A DNA stretch of 61,833 bases, counting the filler, from Sluysia triapertura (lineage: Eukaryota): the NCBI GenBank assembly GCA_046118255.1. It is 5 parts of 5 records of this genome, joined end to end, with 100 filler letters (N's around TTAATTAATTAA, not from the genome) between each part and the next. Parts side by side here need not be neighbours in the genome. Positions count along the whole stretch, not along the records: positions 1 to 11,167 come from JBJNIA010187989.1; positions 11,268 to 22,593 come from JBJNIA010185957.1; 3 more parts are not named here. The stretch is one strand, 5' to 3'. The translations under genes and the position numbers were made by a program. Positions 1-12,270 of the stretch are shown here, in pieces; the first letter of the stretch is position 1, and every line of letters begins with the position of its first letter. The notes under the pieces were generated by a model. It saw only the letters and a program-made list of their open reading frames with translations. It had not been told where the DNA came from and made no database searches.

Positions 1-1229
1 ATATTTAAATTTTTTAGAACTATTGAAAATATCTTGCCGAAATATGTTCAGGGAAATCGCATCCAAGACAGAAATTTAAATAATAAAATTTTTAATATTA
101 TAAATAAATTATATGTCCATTTTGTTAATCTTTTAAGTGAATGTTTTATGGAATTAAAGTTCATTAAATGTAAAAGAATGTTTATAATATTTAAACATTT
201 ATCATCATTAGAATTAAGTCATGAAAAGAATTTAATTAACAGAAAAACTCTTCTGTAATCTTAAAAATTATTAATGGTAAAATCAAATACCCATTACAAC
301 CAAATAGAAATTATAACCATTTAGTGAAGTTACATTTATTAATACAATTAGATTTAAATATAGAAATTATACATAAATATATTACATTAGATTTATAAAA
401 TAGATATTAATTGTAAATAATATTATGTGTAAATACTAAATGAGTACACTATGTTTGTAAATAAATTATATTATAAAATTCATAAATATATTATTAATTA
501 AAATTATTAAATAAAATTGTAAAACTTATTTAAACACACAGGACAAGGTCATCTCAAATAATATAAAAGCATTCAAATTCTTCTTACGCCTCCATAATCA
601 TGGTTTACAATTTTACAATCACCACTTTTATTGTCTTTGGAAAAAATTTTAAATTATTTTATTGTTTCTAGTTTTAATCTTCATCATTCTTATTCTAACA
701 ATGCTTTATTATATTTTTCCCATCATTTTATATCAATTCTTCCTACACTTTTCAATTCAACATCTTCTTACTCGACAGTTAGTAATCTAAACAGTGACTT
801 TTATAATTAATATTGCCTAACGTAAAAATTAGTCATTTATTTCTAGTTACATACGCATAAAATATTTTTATCCTTGCCCACAATAAAAAAATTTGGCATG
901 AAGTAAGTTTTCCGATGAGTCATACAAATTGATAAATCAATTCTGATTTTAGTCATATGAATATAAACTATGGAGAATTGTTGATGTTGTTAATTTAAGA
1001 CTTTTAATGAATGACGTTTTTTAATACTGATTTGTTTAATTATTCAAAATATTCTAATATTAAACACAAATTAAATTTAAAATTCACTAAAATATTAATA
1101 TTAAAGTAATTAATTATAAAGGTAATTTAAAATTCAGATTAATATTTCCTTTGCCTGGTTTATTATTTCTATTTTAGAATTTATAAAACTATATTAAAAT
1201 TGTGATAAAAAATGAAATGAATTAATGTT

Positions 1230-2669
1230 ATGAAAAATTATTCTGACTCTAAAATGGATAAACTCCATATTCTTCATAATAATGATGATAAAAATGGGTT
1301 GATATCAGGATCAAAGAATGAGGTACTGAGTACTCCCAGTTTCAACATGACAAAACAAATATCACCGCAATCTACGGATGTTACATTAAAATTAGATAGT
1401 CAAAGAAATTTAAAACATATTCTTCCTAATAATGATGCTAAAAATAGGTTGATATCAGGATCGAAGAATGAGGTATTGAGTACTTCCAGTTTCAACATGG
1501 CAAAACAAATATCACCGCAGTCTACGGATGTTACATTAAAATTAGATAGTCAAAGAAGTTTAAAACATGTTCTTCCTAATAGTGCTGCTAAAAATGGGTT
1601 AATATCAGAATCTAAGAATGAGGTATTGAGTAGTCCCAATTTCAACATGGCAAAACAATTAACATCACAACCTACGGATGTTACATTAAAATTAGACAGT
1701 CAAAGAAGTTTAAAACATATTCTTCCTAATAATGATCCTGAAAATTGGTTGATATCAGTATCGAAGGATGAGGTATTAAGTACTCCCAGTTTCAACATGA
1801 CAAAACAAATGTCACCGCAATCTACGAATGGTCCATTAAAATTAGATAGTCAAATAAGCTTAAAAAATATTCCTAATAATGTTGTTAAAAATGAATTGAT
1901 ATCGGAATCTAAGAATGAGGTATTGAGTAGTCCCAATTTCAACATGACAAAACAATTAACATCACAATCTACGGATGTTACATTAAAATTAGACAGTCAA
2001 AGAAGTTTAAGACATGCTCATGAAAATATCAAACATTCGATATTGAAACGTCAACATTTTGATACTTTAACTCAATCAAACTTATCTGAATCGAAAATGT
2101 CCAAAAAAAGTGGTAGTATGCGTAGTAATCTGACTAACACTGATGTGAAGCTTGATTCAAACGTAGATTCCAAATTAAGTAGTCTAATTTATATGCCTAC
2201 TAGCAGTGTAGATATGAGTACAAAAAGTCAATCGAAATTGGACGATAAAATAGCAGATAATGCATCTAGTGTAAATTTTAATGAGAAAAGTAGTTCAATC
2301 AGTTTAAGTAGTAGACTATCATCAAATAAACCAATATATAAATATAGTTACCGTGGAAGCAAAGCTTTACAACCTATAATTGAAGAAAGTATACAAATGG
2401 GATCAAAAATAAAACAGCAAGAGCTTTTATACGATGAAATTGAAAATAGCTTAAATATGAATAAACCTAAAACAAGCAATTTGGTAAGTTTAGATGATTT
2501 AAAAGAAAAACCTAGTATTTCAAGGAACCAGCGAAAATATTCCAATCCTATAATGATTAACAATAAAAGTTATGATGATTCACTTTCTAAAAGTTTAATT
2601 GATAATGTAAAAAATAGAAAAGGCAATTATGAATCGAAAGGTCAACGAAAAGTTACATTCTTTAAATGA
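1230..2669 (+). CDS. Intronless 479-aa Ser/Lys/Asn-rich protein with five ~50-aa tandem repeats; function unknown
   Basis: By far the longest ORF in the window (ATG 1230 to TGA 2669). The frame is kept through all repeats, including a whole-codon deletion in copy 5. No family recognised. Confidence 0.7.
   Translation: MKNYSDSKMDKLHILHNNDDKNGLISGSKNEVLSTPSFNMTKQISPQSTDVTLKLDSQRNLKHILPNNDAKNRLISGSKNEVLSTSSFNMAKQISPQSTDVTLKLDSQRSLKHVLPNSAAKNGLISESKNEVLSSPNFNMAKQLTSQPTDVTLKLDSQRSLKHILPNNDPENWLISVSKDEVLSTPSFNMTKQMSPQSTNGPLKLDSQISLKNIPNNVVKNELISESKNEVLSSPNFNMTKQLTSQSTDVTLKLDSQRSLRHAHENIKHSILKRQHFDTLTQSNLSESKMSKKSGSMRSNLTNTDVKLDSNVDSKLSSLIYMPTSSVDMSTKSQSKLDDKIADNASSVNFNEKSSSISLSSRLSSNKPIYKYSYRGSKALQPIIEESIQMGSKIKQQELLYDEIENSLNMNKPKTSNLVSLDDLKEKPSISRNQRKYSNPIMINNKSYDDSLSKSLIDNVKNRKGNYESKGQRKVTFFK
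1267..2013 (+). repeat. Coding tandem repeat, 150-bp unit x5
   Basis: aggta(c/t)t(g/a)ag recurs at 1321, 1471, 1621, 1771 and ~1918. Peptide unit HILPNNDAKNxLISxSKNEVLSxxxFNMxKQxxxQSTDVTLKLDSQRSLK. Confidence 0.95.
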
Positions 2670-3159
2670 TACAACACAAGAGTAATGTACTGAAATTCCA
2701 ATGAACTTCAAAGTGCTAAGATTCAGTTTTGATAAAAAAATAAAGTAATTTGACAAAATTTCGTTTTATTAAAACTTAAAGTATGAAGGTACATTCCATT
2801 AAATAACACTAGAAGTTGTTTTAATTACATTCTATATAAAATTATAGAATTGATTTAATGAATGATGCGGGAAACCTGCACTATTTAGCATTTCGTTTGG
2901 ATTAGATATGGAATATTTTAATTTTAAAAGTTTATGCAAAAATTACGATTTAATTTGACGTTACTGTGACTTAAACATTTATCAAACATCGATTAAAACA
3001 GTTGAAATATTAGATAATGACAAATTTGATCATTTAATGCAACTTTTTAATAAGTTAAACTAATTTCAATAAATAAATTATATCACCAGGACAGAAATAT
3101 AAATAATAATTAAAAAAATCAATACTTAAAATTAAAGTCTACTGAAACCGTCATAAGAA

Positions 3160-3530
3160 TCGGATATTAAGGACATTGGTTATCAGAGAACAATTTGTTT
3201 AATGTTAGATTCAAAGACTTGTTTAGGTCATAGTTTATATAAAGATGCAATATATTTTTGTAATGAAGCTCTCAACTATACTAGAAAGATTATTGGTGAT
3301 GAACCAATATTTTTAACGAAATGTTTATTGTTTCTGGGTTTAATACATTTGAAATCAAATAATACCGATCATTCATTTAATACATTTAGTGAAGCAAAGG
3401 ATTTATTAAATAGAAATTATTCGAATGAAGTTTATCAAGAACATTTTGGCTGAACACTATTTCGAATTAGATCATCCTTATCCAAATACTTCTTTGAAGG
3501 AAAACAGTATACTGTATTTTGCAATTGAAG
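3160..3530 (+). pseudogene. TPR-repeat-like coding fragment, frameshifted
   Basis: AIYFCNEALNYTRKIIGDEPIFLTKCLLFLGLIHLKSNNTDHSFNTFSEAKDLL fits the kinesin-light-chain/TPR_12 pattern. It continues in another frame (LAEHYFELDHPY) and is flanked by stops. Confidence 0.4.
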
Positions 3531-3854
3531 TTACAGTTTGTATTCATACTATTCATTTGTTAAATTTTTGTGTTTTGTTTTTTAGTCAAACAACAAATTT
3601 TGTTAATTTATTAAATTTAGTAACTTTGTTTTTTTAATTGTTGTAGGCCTTAAGCCTATTTTCTAAAAGATAAAAAAGTAGTTTAAATTGTTGTAATTTA
3701 ATTGAAGGTTTAATTAAAATAATTTTTGATAAAAATAAAAATAGCTTTAATTTTCATAAATTAAGATATTTTTTGCCCTCCACAATATTAAACAAGGAAT
3801 AAGCAATTACTGAAGGATTTAATAAAGTTTAGAATCCATTAATATTTAAAGAGT

Positions 3855-4120
3855 TGTTATTAAGCACTTCTAACTGAACAACAAGGACGAGTATATTAAC
3901 TGCATACTTGCAGTTACGTATAATTTAAAGTGATAACATTGATAGAAAAGTTCAGAAGAGTTATAAAAAGAGTTGAATTAATATTAGAGAGCAAGAGTTT
4001 TGCAAGTACGTATAAAATCGCATTCAGACATATTGACAAAAGTTTAAGAAAATAAAATTAAAGAAATAACACAGAAATATCTAAAGATTTAGAAGATGCA
4101 AAGAGAATTTTACATTAACA
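3855..4120 (+). mobile_element. Degenerate dispersed repeat, probable gag remnant; inverted homolog of 10840-11095
   Basis: attaagcacttcta...aggacgagtata... aligns with the reverse complement of 11095-10840 over ~250 bp. Confidence 0.5.
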
Positions 4121-7100
4121 TATACATATATACTTAAAAACTTATTACAATAATAATAATATTGAGATTGTTATTATTATTATTATCAGTCTAATAATTT
4201 TAATTTGACTTAATTTATAACTGACTAACTGGTGTGCAAGTCAAAAATTTTTTACCGTTATTTATATCATTTTTAGAATCTAAAATTAGTAAATCTATTT
4301 TTAAATTAATAATTTTCGTAATTAAAATAGTAATTTTAATTTTCAATAACTATTTCAAAAGTAAAATTATAATAAATTAAAATTTTTACATTAAAATAAA
4401 ATATATTACACAAAATTATAAAAGTACTTTACAAAACGATTTAGTGTATCCTAGCAAAAACATACCCCATGAATAAACACAAGCACAAATACAAACATAA
4501 CTCACATCAACCTCATTTATAAACATTTCATCCACCTCATAACTTCACCGCATTTCACTTAGGCTATAAAATATAGATAACAGGATCACCAATAGATAAA
4601 ACCATTGTAAACTACACATTATATCAAACTGTTATAAATGAATCATAGGTGTTTTTGTCGATTTTGCCTTGATCCACTTTAGTAGCTAGCCAAAAATTAT
4701 AATATCGATAATTTATTATGTAGATGTATTTATTGTCAAGTGTTGAATCAGAACTTTTTGTAAAAAGTTTTATTTTTTTATATACTTAATCCTATTAATT
4801 ATGTACAGTTAATGTGTTACAATTAAAGAAGCTAGAGAATTCAGAATATTTTAAGTGCTTAAAAAAAGCCAGAGTACAGTCAGTCAAGATTTAAGAATGT
4901 GTTCTTGAACTAAATTAAAAAAGTTTGTTTATTGTTTCAATATTACTTTTTAATGTGGCACAATTTTTGATTTTTCATATCTTACCGACACGTCTACGAA
5001 TTTCTGAAATTTTGTTCTTGTTTAATTTTTCTCTACGCAGTTACAGTGATGGTTTTAAAAATAAAATTGAATTTCTCAGAAGTGACAAGTTAAACGATGA
5101 AATATTGAAACATGAAGTATTCGAGTTCGAGGATTAATTAGCGATAATCTTTGTTCAGAAAATTTGGTATTATTATGTCATATTCGTTTGTTAATGAATT
5201 ACTTTGAAATTCCTAATTATGACACCGACAAAATATATCATGTATTTTAGAACTATCTATTTTGAAACAAATCCCAAAAAACTTTTGCGCTAATTTTTGT
5301 TTGCTTGTTGAAGAACAGCATTCATTTAATGAGAAATCAGAATCTCGTGAAACTATTGTTGAATTTGTTCCCATGGTTACGGAAGAACAATCAGCTCAGT
5401 TTGTAAAATCTATTTTGCAAGGAAACGGCAATTCATCAATTGATAAATGAATTATTCCAAATTTTTAAAAAAATTAAATGGAACTCGATTGTCATTTTAA
5501 ATATGTTGATTTTAAATATGTGCGAATCAATGTTGATTGTTCCATGTGCGAACTAAATAGATAAAAACAATGTTTTGGAAACCCTTCGGTATTGGAAGTT
5601 CATGTTTATACGTTAAAATTCTTTTCTAACAATAAAGAAAGAGTTGTAAGTGATATCAGCAAGATGATTAACAAACGCAACGCTTTTTATGAATTCTTGA
5701 GATTGCTAGACGAAGATAAACCAGAATTAGTGGATCGTTTCTATAAAATTAAGGATAATTCAAAGTGCAATGTATCCGAAAATACGTGGTGTAAACATTA
5801 CGTATGTACTATCAATATATACAAGTATCACGAAGCTAATTTGAACCGTAATGTATGAGAAAAATATTACTTTACGAACGACTAGACTGTTCTGAACAAA
5901 GTGTTAGTGATGTTTTACGTAGTTTAAAAGAAATTCTAACTAAAATAAAGTTTATAAATAATAATACTTGTAATTTAAATTTTCAAGCGATTAAAATGTA
6001 CAATAAAATTATGACAAAGATTATAATAATGTAGCCATATTAGTTTGCACGATTTTGAATTCCAAAATAAACGGTTTAGTTTGTATTGTTAGCTCTGAGA
6101 TCGTTGTGGGCTAGAATTAGCTGTTTTTTAGACGGAGCCGATTTTGGTTTTCGAACTGGTCTTAGTGTTCAATCATGAGTAATTTGTAGTTCCAGTAAAC
6201 TAGAAATAAAACACGTAACGATGAAACGATTTAGAACAGATAATATATTTTAGAAACGAAATGTAAACGTACTCATAAATTTGTATCCTTTGATGAGATT
6301 TACAATTTGAATTATAGTTTAATAAAATGTGTTTCTTGTCGATTCATCATTGAAGGACGTTACTTATCCTCAGAAAACTCTAAGTATTTTGAATCTTACC
6401 AATAGCGATATTTTAACCTAAGGATACGGAGAATTTGGACAATATTCTTTGGAAATTATTAATATAAATATTACTAGTATACTAGCAGAACATTTACGTA
6501 ATGTAAGTAAAGTTTTCATTCGTGTTGATCATTTTTATATTAGTATACGCTCAATATATTCCGACTTCAGTTATTTAATTTTCTTTTTCTATAGTAATTT
6601 AAATAATAACTTCCAATTTTAAGTAAGATTTTAATATAGTTAATTTTTACTCCAGTTGGTAAATTTAATAGTAATTTACAGGAAGTCAGACTTTCGTTAT
6701 AAAGTAAACATTCTCATTTCATTTGTCTTGTCTAATGTAACAATTTATAATAATAATAAACGCCTTACGGCCACAATAGTCTAAAAGTCCGTTCGTCTAA
6801 TAAGTACGACTTCAATCTATAAAGATGGCACCCTGTTAGAAATTTAAAAAACAGCCACGATATCTATATTTTATTTACAATAAAAAAATTTAAAAGGTTA
6901 AAATAAAACACGACATAGGAAAATGAATCCTCGATAAGATGGACCATTAAAGATGAGAGTTAGCAGATAGTTAAAGGGCTTACTTTTATAGTAGGTCATA
7001 ATATTTCACGAGCTCGAAATCATCTTGATCGCCTTCGGTAAACAAATAATGTATATGACCAAACTATAATTCATCTTTTTATTACTGTTCCCAATTTCAT

Positions 7101-8122
7101 CAAAGAATTAGAAATATCAGATATAAACTGATGCATGAAACTAAAAGGACTAATATTCGATCGTTTACTACCGAAACCATCTTTACTAATTATCTCATTC
7201 ATTATTTTAACATAATCTCTTGTCATTCCTAATTTCTAATTTCGATTACTAATTTATTGTCATCAAATTCTCTAGAGCCAACGTTACTAATTAGCTCATT
7301 CATAGTTTTGACAATTTCTTTTGTCATTCCACTCAGCTGCATCACAAGTGGTTACAATTACTAATTTATTGGCATCGAGATTACCTAAGGATTGTAGTAA
7401 ATACTGGTCTTGTTCAGAAATCAAAGTCATTAACTGCGGATGATTTTAAATATTGTGACAAAATTGCGAATTACAGCTTTAACTTTCATACAAACAGTTT
7501 CATGTTATTGTTCTTCAGCTTCATCTTCATCATCATCATGGTCATCGTCAATAAAGATTCATTTTGTATTTTATTTTCTTTTCAAACATCATTTCGCAAC
7601 CCGTTTTTCTTTTCTTGACACAAACCACTTTTAATATTAGTACATTCATGATTACAGGGATCAGATAGTTTTTATGTTTTTCTGTATTCAATGTAGTAGT
7701 AACTTCTATTTTTATTAATGTATTATCTTTAATATCTTATGGTAAAGGTTTGAGACAAGAATGACGTCAAGCTACTTCTTCCTGAAATGCTTCTAAAATA
7801 TCTGGTTATGTATTAGAAAGTTAGGAGGAGATGATAGTGAGGAGTGTTAGAAAATTTAAGTTAGAAAGATAATTAGATAGGTTAAGGATGAGTGAGAGTG
7901 GGTAATAGAAAGTTGTGGTAGATAATTAAGAAAAGTTGCAATTGTTTTTTTAGAAATTTCATTTTTAACTTGTGGTGGCCAACTTTATCATTTAAAATTT
8001 TGATACATCACAATATACTAAAGTTTATAATTATACAACATCAAAACCATGAATAACATCAAGAAATCATTAAATTTGCATTTAAAATTTAAAAATAACA
8101 GTAAACTCTAAATGGAATTTCT

Positions 8123-11095
8123 TGTAACACCTTTAATTTTGTAATACTCTTACGATACACTTTCATAAATCAATTTTTCAAATAAACAATTAAATGGTTA
8201 TTTACAATTAAATAAAATGATTGATGGATTCGAGATGATAATTTATACTATTTACAATTAATTTTTAAATATTTTATAATACAAATTATTTTTTATTTTA
8301 TAATATATAATATTTACATTACTTCCCCGTTAGGGAAGATTCGTCTCGAATCCAAAAGTAATAAAAACAAAATTCTAAAATAATGCAATAAATGGTTGTA
8401 TATAAAATGTGATGATAAAGAAAATCATGATAGGATAGAAGTTTATCAATCATAGAAAATAAAATTAATGTTAATCGTCTAAGTCCACGTCACTGTCTTT
8501 GTCACATGATGGTGGATACGGCCAAGGTGGGCTGGACATTGATTGGTATCGCCCTTTCTTCCAAGAGTGAAAAGCGGTATTGATCCCGTACGGAATATGA
8601 GTGTTGAAACCGCTGTTATTGGTAATGTTGATGTTTTACCAGTAATAGAAGGATGATTGGAGTATTGGTGATATATTATCGCTAGATGTCGCCGTTGCTG
8701 ATAGTGGTGTTGATGAATTTGTACTTGGAGCCACGAAAATATTATCAGATTTAGAAGAGACAGATGTAGTAGTACTAGGAAAAAGTGAAGGAGGTGGAGC
8801 AGAACAATTCGGATTGAAAGTCAAGTCCTTCTAACGGATCAAATCCAATAAAGCCATCCGTGAGCAAGTCATTTTGGGCGGCATAGGGTATAAAAGCCTA
8901 AAAGTTTGTCGTCCTTTCAAGATTGCGTTATCAGTGGTGTATGACAAAAGGTTGTGATTGGTCAAGTTGATAACTCCCTTGAGCCAACCAAAAGGCAGAT
9001 CGATGATCTTAATGATGAGGCATTGGTTTAAGGAGGCTAAGATTTTGTCGTGCATATGCCCCAACAGAAAAGGACGGACATCATCGATATCCTTGGCTTC
9101 TGCAATGTCCTAGTCCTTAATATCTTGGATGTCCCTAACAAAGTTTTTAATACGTAATCTGGGTTTGATATTAATGTCGGTGTGAAATTGTTTAGAATAA
9201 GGAGTACATGATAGCTGCGTAATGTGTGGACGGTCCAGAAAATCAAAAGCGTAGGAAAACGCAACGAAAATCAAAACTTGAAATGTTCCGTCTTAAAAGA
9301 ATATTCATGACATTGAGTTACTCTGATCATTGTGATTACAATTAATGGTATGAGATTTTTATTCGTAGGAGCCCGTAAATAAATAGAGTATGGTCCAAAA
9401 TATATGTAATACTGTGAAGGTTAGTAATATAAAGAATTTATAAGAGTGTTCCGATATGTCTTTTGTAGTTGAATTGTTTGAATTACCTATCCTTTTCTTA
9501 GTTGTATTATAATTAGATAAAGTTGTTGGTGTTTTCATTGTTTCTCCATTTTCCAAATGTTTTACTTTTTTGATAAATTTCCAAATATCTAGTGTATTTC
9601 TTGGGGTATCTAAAGAAAAAGTTATTAACATAGGTCTGTAACCATGATGCGGACAATGTGGAATACCATTTAAATGATGTGGTCTCCTCACTAGTAATGG
9701 CTTTAAATAGATACAATAAATTTCAAATTTGTGTCGCAAAATCATTTTATTGGAAATAAATTCAAATTTCCAGTATTGATTGTATATATCGGTAATCATT
9801 ATTTTCTGTTTTCTGTCATGATTTTTAGCGATGTTCATATTTTTGTATTCATCTGTTTCTCTGCTATAGCACTAGTTATAAATGATAGAAAGATCATAAT
9901 TTAAATATAGAGCCAACAAGTTAATTTTCCAAAGCAATTCATATTGAAACAATATCCTTTTCTTCTATTTGTCATTATCATTACTGTGTCTTGAACATCT
10001 GAGCCGATTCCTGATGAGTCCGATTTTTCCTCCGATGAAATTGTCGATGGTGATCCCCATGACACATCTGATAAATGAAGTGTGGATTCAACTATGTCAG
10101 GTAGCGGCAATTCTGGGACTTGTAATGGTGGATTCGATATAGGTATTCATCACCGGCTTGAGGAACTAATAGTTGTGGTATAATCATATTTGAACCAGGT
10201 GGTATTTTTATAAAACCATATTTACTATGGATTACCATATTTTCCAATTTATCGATAACATCCATACCCAATATTAATTTCGTAGGGGCTGCTATCCCAA
10301 ACATTTACTAAAACTTGTACATATTGTCTAAATACTTCTATATAGCATAATAAAGTTCCGTTGATATTTATGGGTGTTTGATTTACATTATATGTTACCG
10401 AACTTGGCCTATTAATGACACTGATTCCCAAGTAGTTAAAAAGTTTTTATGAACTACTGAAATAGTAGCGCCTCTATCTATGATTTCTCTAACCCATCAC
10501 CCATTGAATCGTACATTTGCATTATGTGAGCCAAATCATTTCCATGAGAATGTATCATTATCATAATTTGAAAATGTTATTGAAATTTTAAAAATTATTT
10601 TATTACGAGTATTATTATTATTATTATTATTGTTAGAGTAAAGCAGGAATTGAAAGTGCTAAAAATATAAAGAAAATTAAATACATTATTAAAATTAATA
10701 ATAATAATTATTACAAATTATTATTATAAATTATTATTATTATGAGAAATAATAAAAAATACAAAACTTGATTTCAAATGAATAGATTTAAATAAAAGTA
10801 ATCATTCAAAATAATTTTTTTATAAAATGATTTGAAGTATTAATGTATAATTTATGTTAGCTTCTTCTAAGTATTTAAAATTTTATACGTTATCTCTTAG
10901 TTTAAATCTATGTCAAATTTAAATGTCTGGATGCTGCTTTAAGAAATTCTTAGTCTTTATTATTAATTCAAATCTCTTTATAAAATTTATAGTTATTCTT
11001 AACTTCTCAATTAATGCTATCAATTTATATTAACTTAACTGGAGGTATGAATTAGTATACTCGTCCTCGCTGTTAAGGATAGAAGTGCTTAATGA
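8123..11095 (-). mobile_element. Degenerate Gypsy-like LTR retroelement: gag-like remnant, aspartic protease, extra ORF, PPT, putative 3' LTR; no RT or integrase seen
   Basis: Minus strand 10530-10200 encodes IIDRGATISVV...LILGMDVI (retropepsin-like motifs, D-R-G instead of D-[ST]-G). At 8353-8319 it reads GGATTCGAGACGAATCTTCCCTAACGGGGAAGTAA then TGT, a Gypsy-type 3' end and PPT. The candidate LTR 8123-8318 is bounded by TGTAA...TTACA. Confidence 0.65.
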
Positions 11096-11167
11096 TTTAT
11101 CAATGATAGTTATTTGGTTATATTCTAATCAGTACTTAACTGTAATATAAAGATTTAAATTTCATAG

Positions 11168-11267
11168 NNNNNNNNNNNNNNNNNNNNNNNNNNNNNNNNN
11201 NNNNNNNNNNNTTAATTAATTAANNNNNNNNNNNNNNNNNNNNNNNNNNNNNNNNNNNNNNNNNNNN
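11168..11267. other. Artificial contig-join spacer (44N-TTAATTAATTAA-44N)
   Basis: Identical 100-nt construct occurs four times; the 12-mer gives stop codons in all six frames. Confidence 0.95.
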
Positions 11268-11689
11268 TATACACGTAGTAAGAACGTTATGGTCACTCGA
11301 ATGTTCAACGTGTATACACGTAGTAAACCGGTAAGGGGTTAAACTGTATAGAACAAAAATGATTGATAAAACAATTGTTGGGGTTCTTGCTGGAATCATA
11401 GAGTGTATAGAAGTGAATAATCAAGTTATAACGATTTCATTGACGACGGATCTTTTTCTAGTGAATATAATTAATATTTTAAATTATTATTACACTTACG
11501 AATCGTAGACCACACTTTTATATATTGTTTTCTTAAAAAGTTGCTTGGTAAATCGGTAATTTAATTCCATATTTTGATAGAGATATTATAAACTATGATT
11601 ATAAATTTATCTCAATCAAATTCAAACATTCTTTTCATTTATAAAAAAGTTTTATAATTAATTAATGAACTATAACAAGTGATTGATAT

Positions 11690-12270
11690 ATTATTGTTAA
11701 AAATAACGTACGAACAATGCCGAGGACATATGAAACTGATAATGAACGATTAATTTCAAATTTAGCTTCTTTAGAATGTTATTCAAGTATTGCTGAATTC
11801 ACGTAAATTTAAAGAATGTCATTAGGTTCGCAAAGTTATGTAATTCAGAAGAATTTGGGTCTGTTGTCAGAACGCTTAGAGGTATACTTGCGTTTCATTA
11901 TGTGATTTTTAGAGTAGTAATTAATCGCGTACTTTATTATTTGTTTGCAGCTAATGGAAGTTTCGGATTAAATATGTTGTATATGATGTATTTTACATTT
12001 TGTAAAGGATGTAAACATTAAAATGTAATAAATATAATGCAAATGCTTACTTTTACTTTTATGCAAAAGTTAGATTTAATCGCTGGGATTGCATACAGCA
12101 AAATTTAATTTACAAGCTATTCATGAGCAAAATTTTCTTCATTTCTCCTGAAGATTCAAAACAGGACCTAAAGTCCATTATCAAACATATAATTATCGTT
12201 TTAAGCTTAAAGCCATTGTAAAATTTAAAAATGGAGGACATTTTAATAAGTTTTTGGGCTATCTGTCCGA
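11690..12270 (+). mobile_element. Highly decayed Tc1/mariner (DD37D/maT-like) transposase remnant
   Basis: Fragments FISPED...DLK (cf. FIS..DWP..SPDLNP) and a C-terminal NGGHF at ~12230; many stops and frameshifts. Confidence 0.4.

Noticed and set aside
1267-2013. CRISPR-like array (also considered for 38345-38519 and 14775-14912)
   Set aside because: Head-to-tail repeats without unique spacers, eukaryotic context, no cas genes.
2348-2563. Antisense or alternate-frame ORFs overlapping real exons (2348, 24077, 24094, 26325, 41273, 46324)
   Set aside because: Shadow frames of coding sequence with no independent support.
11212-11223. TTAATTAATTAA as a biological motif
   Set aside because: Always centred in a fixed N block; it is an assembly linker.
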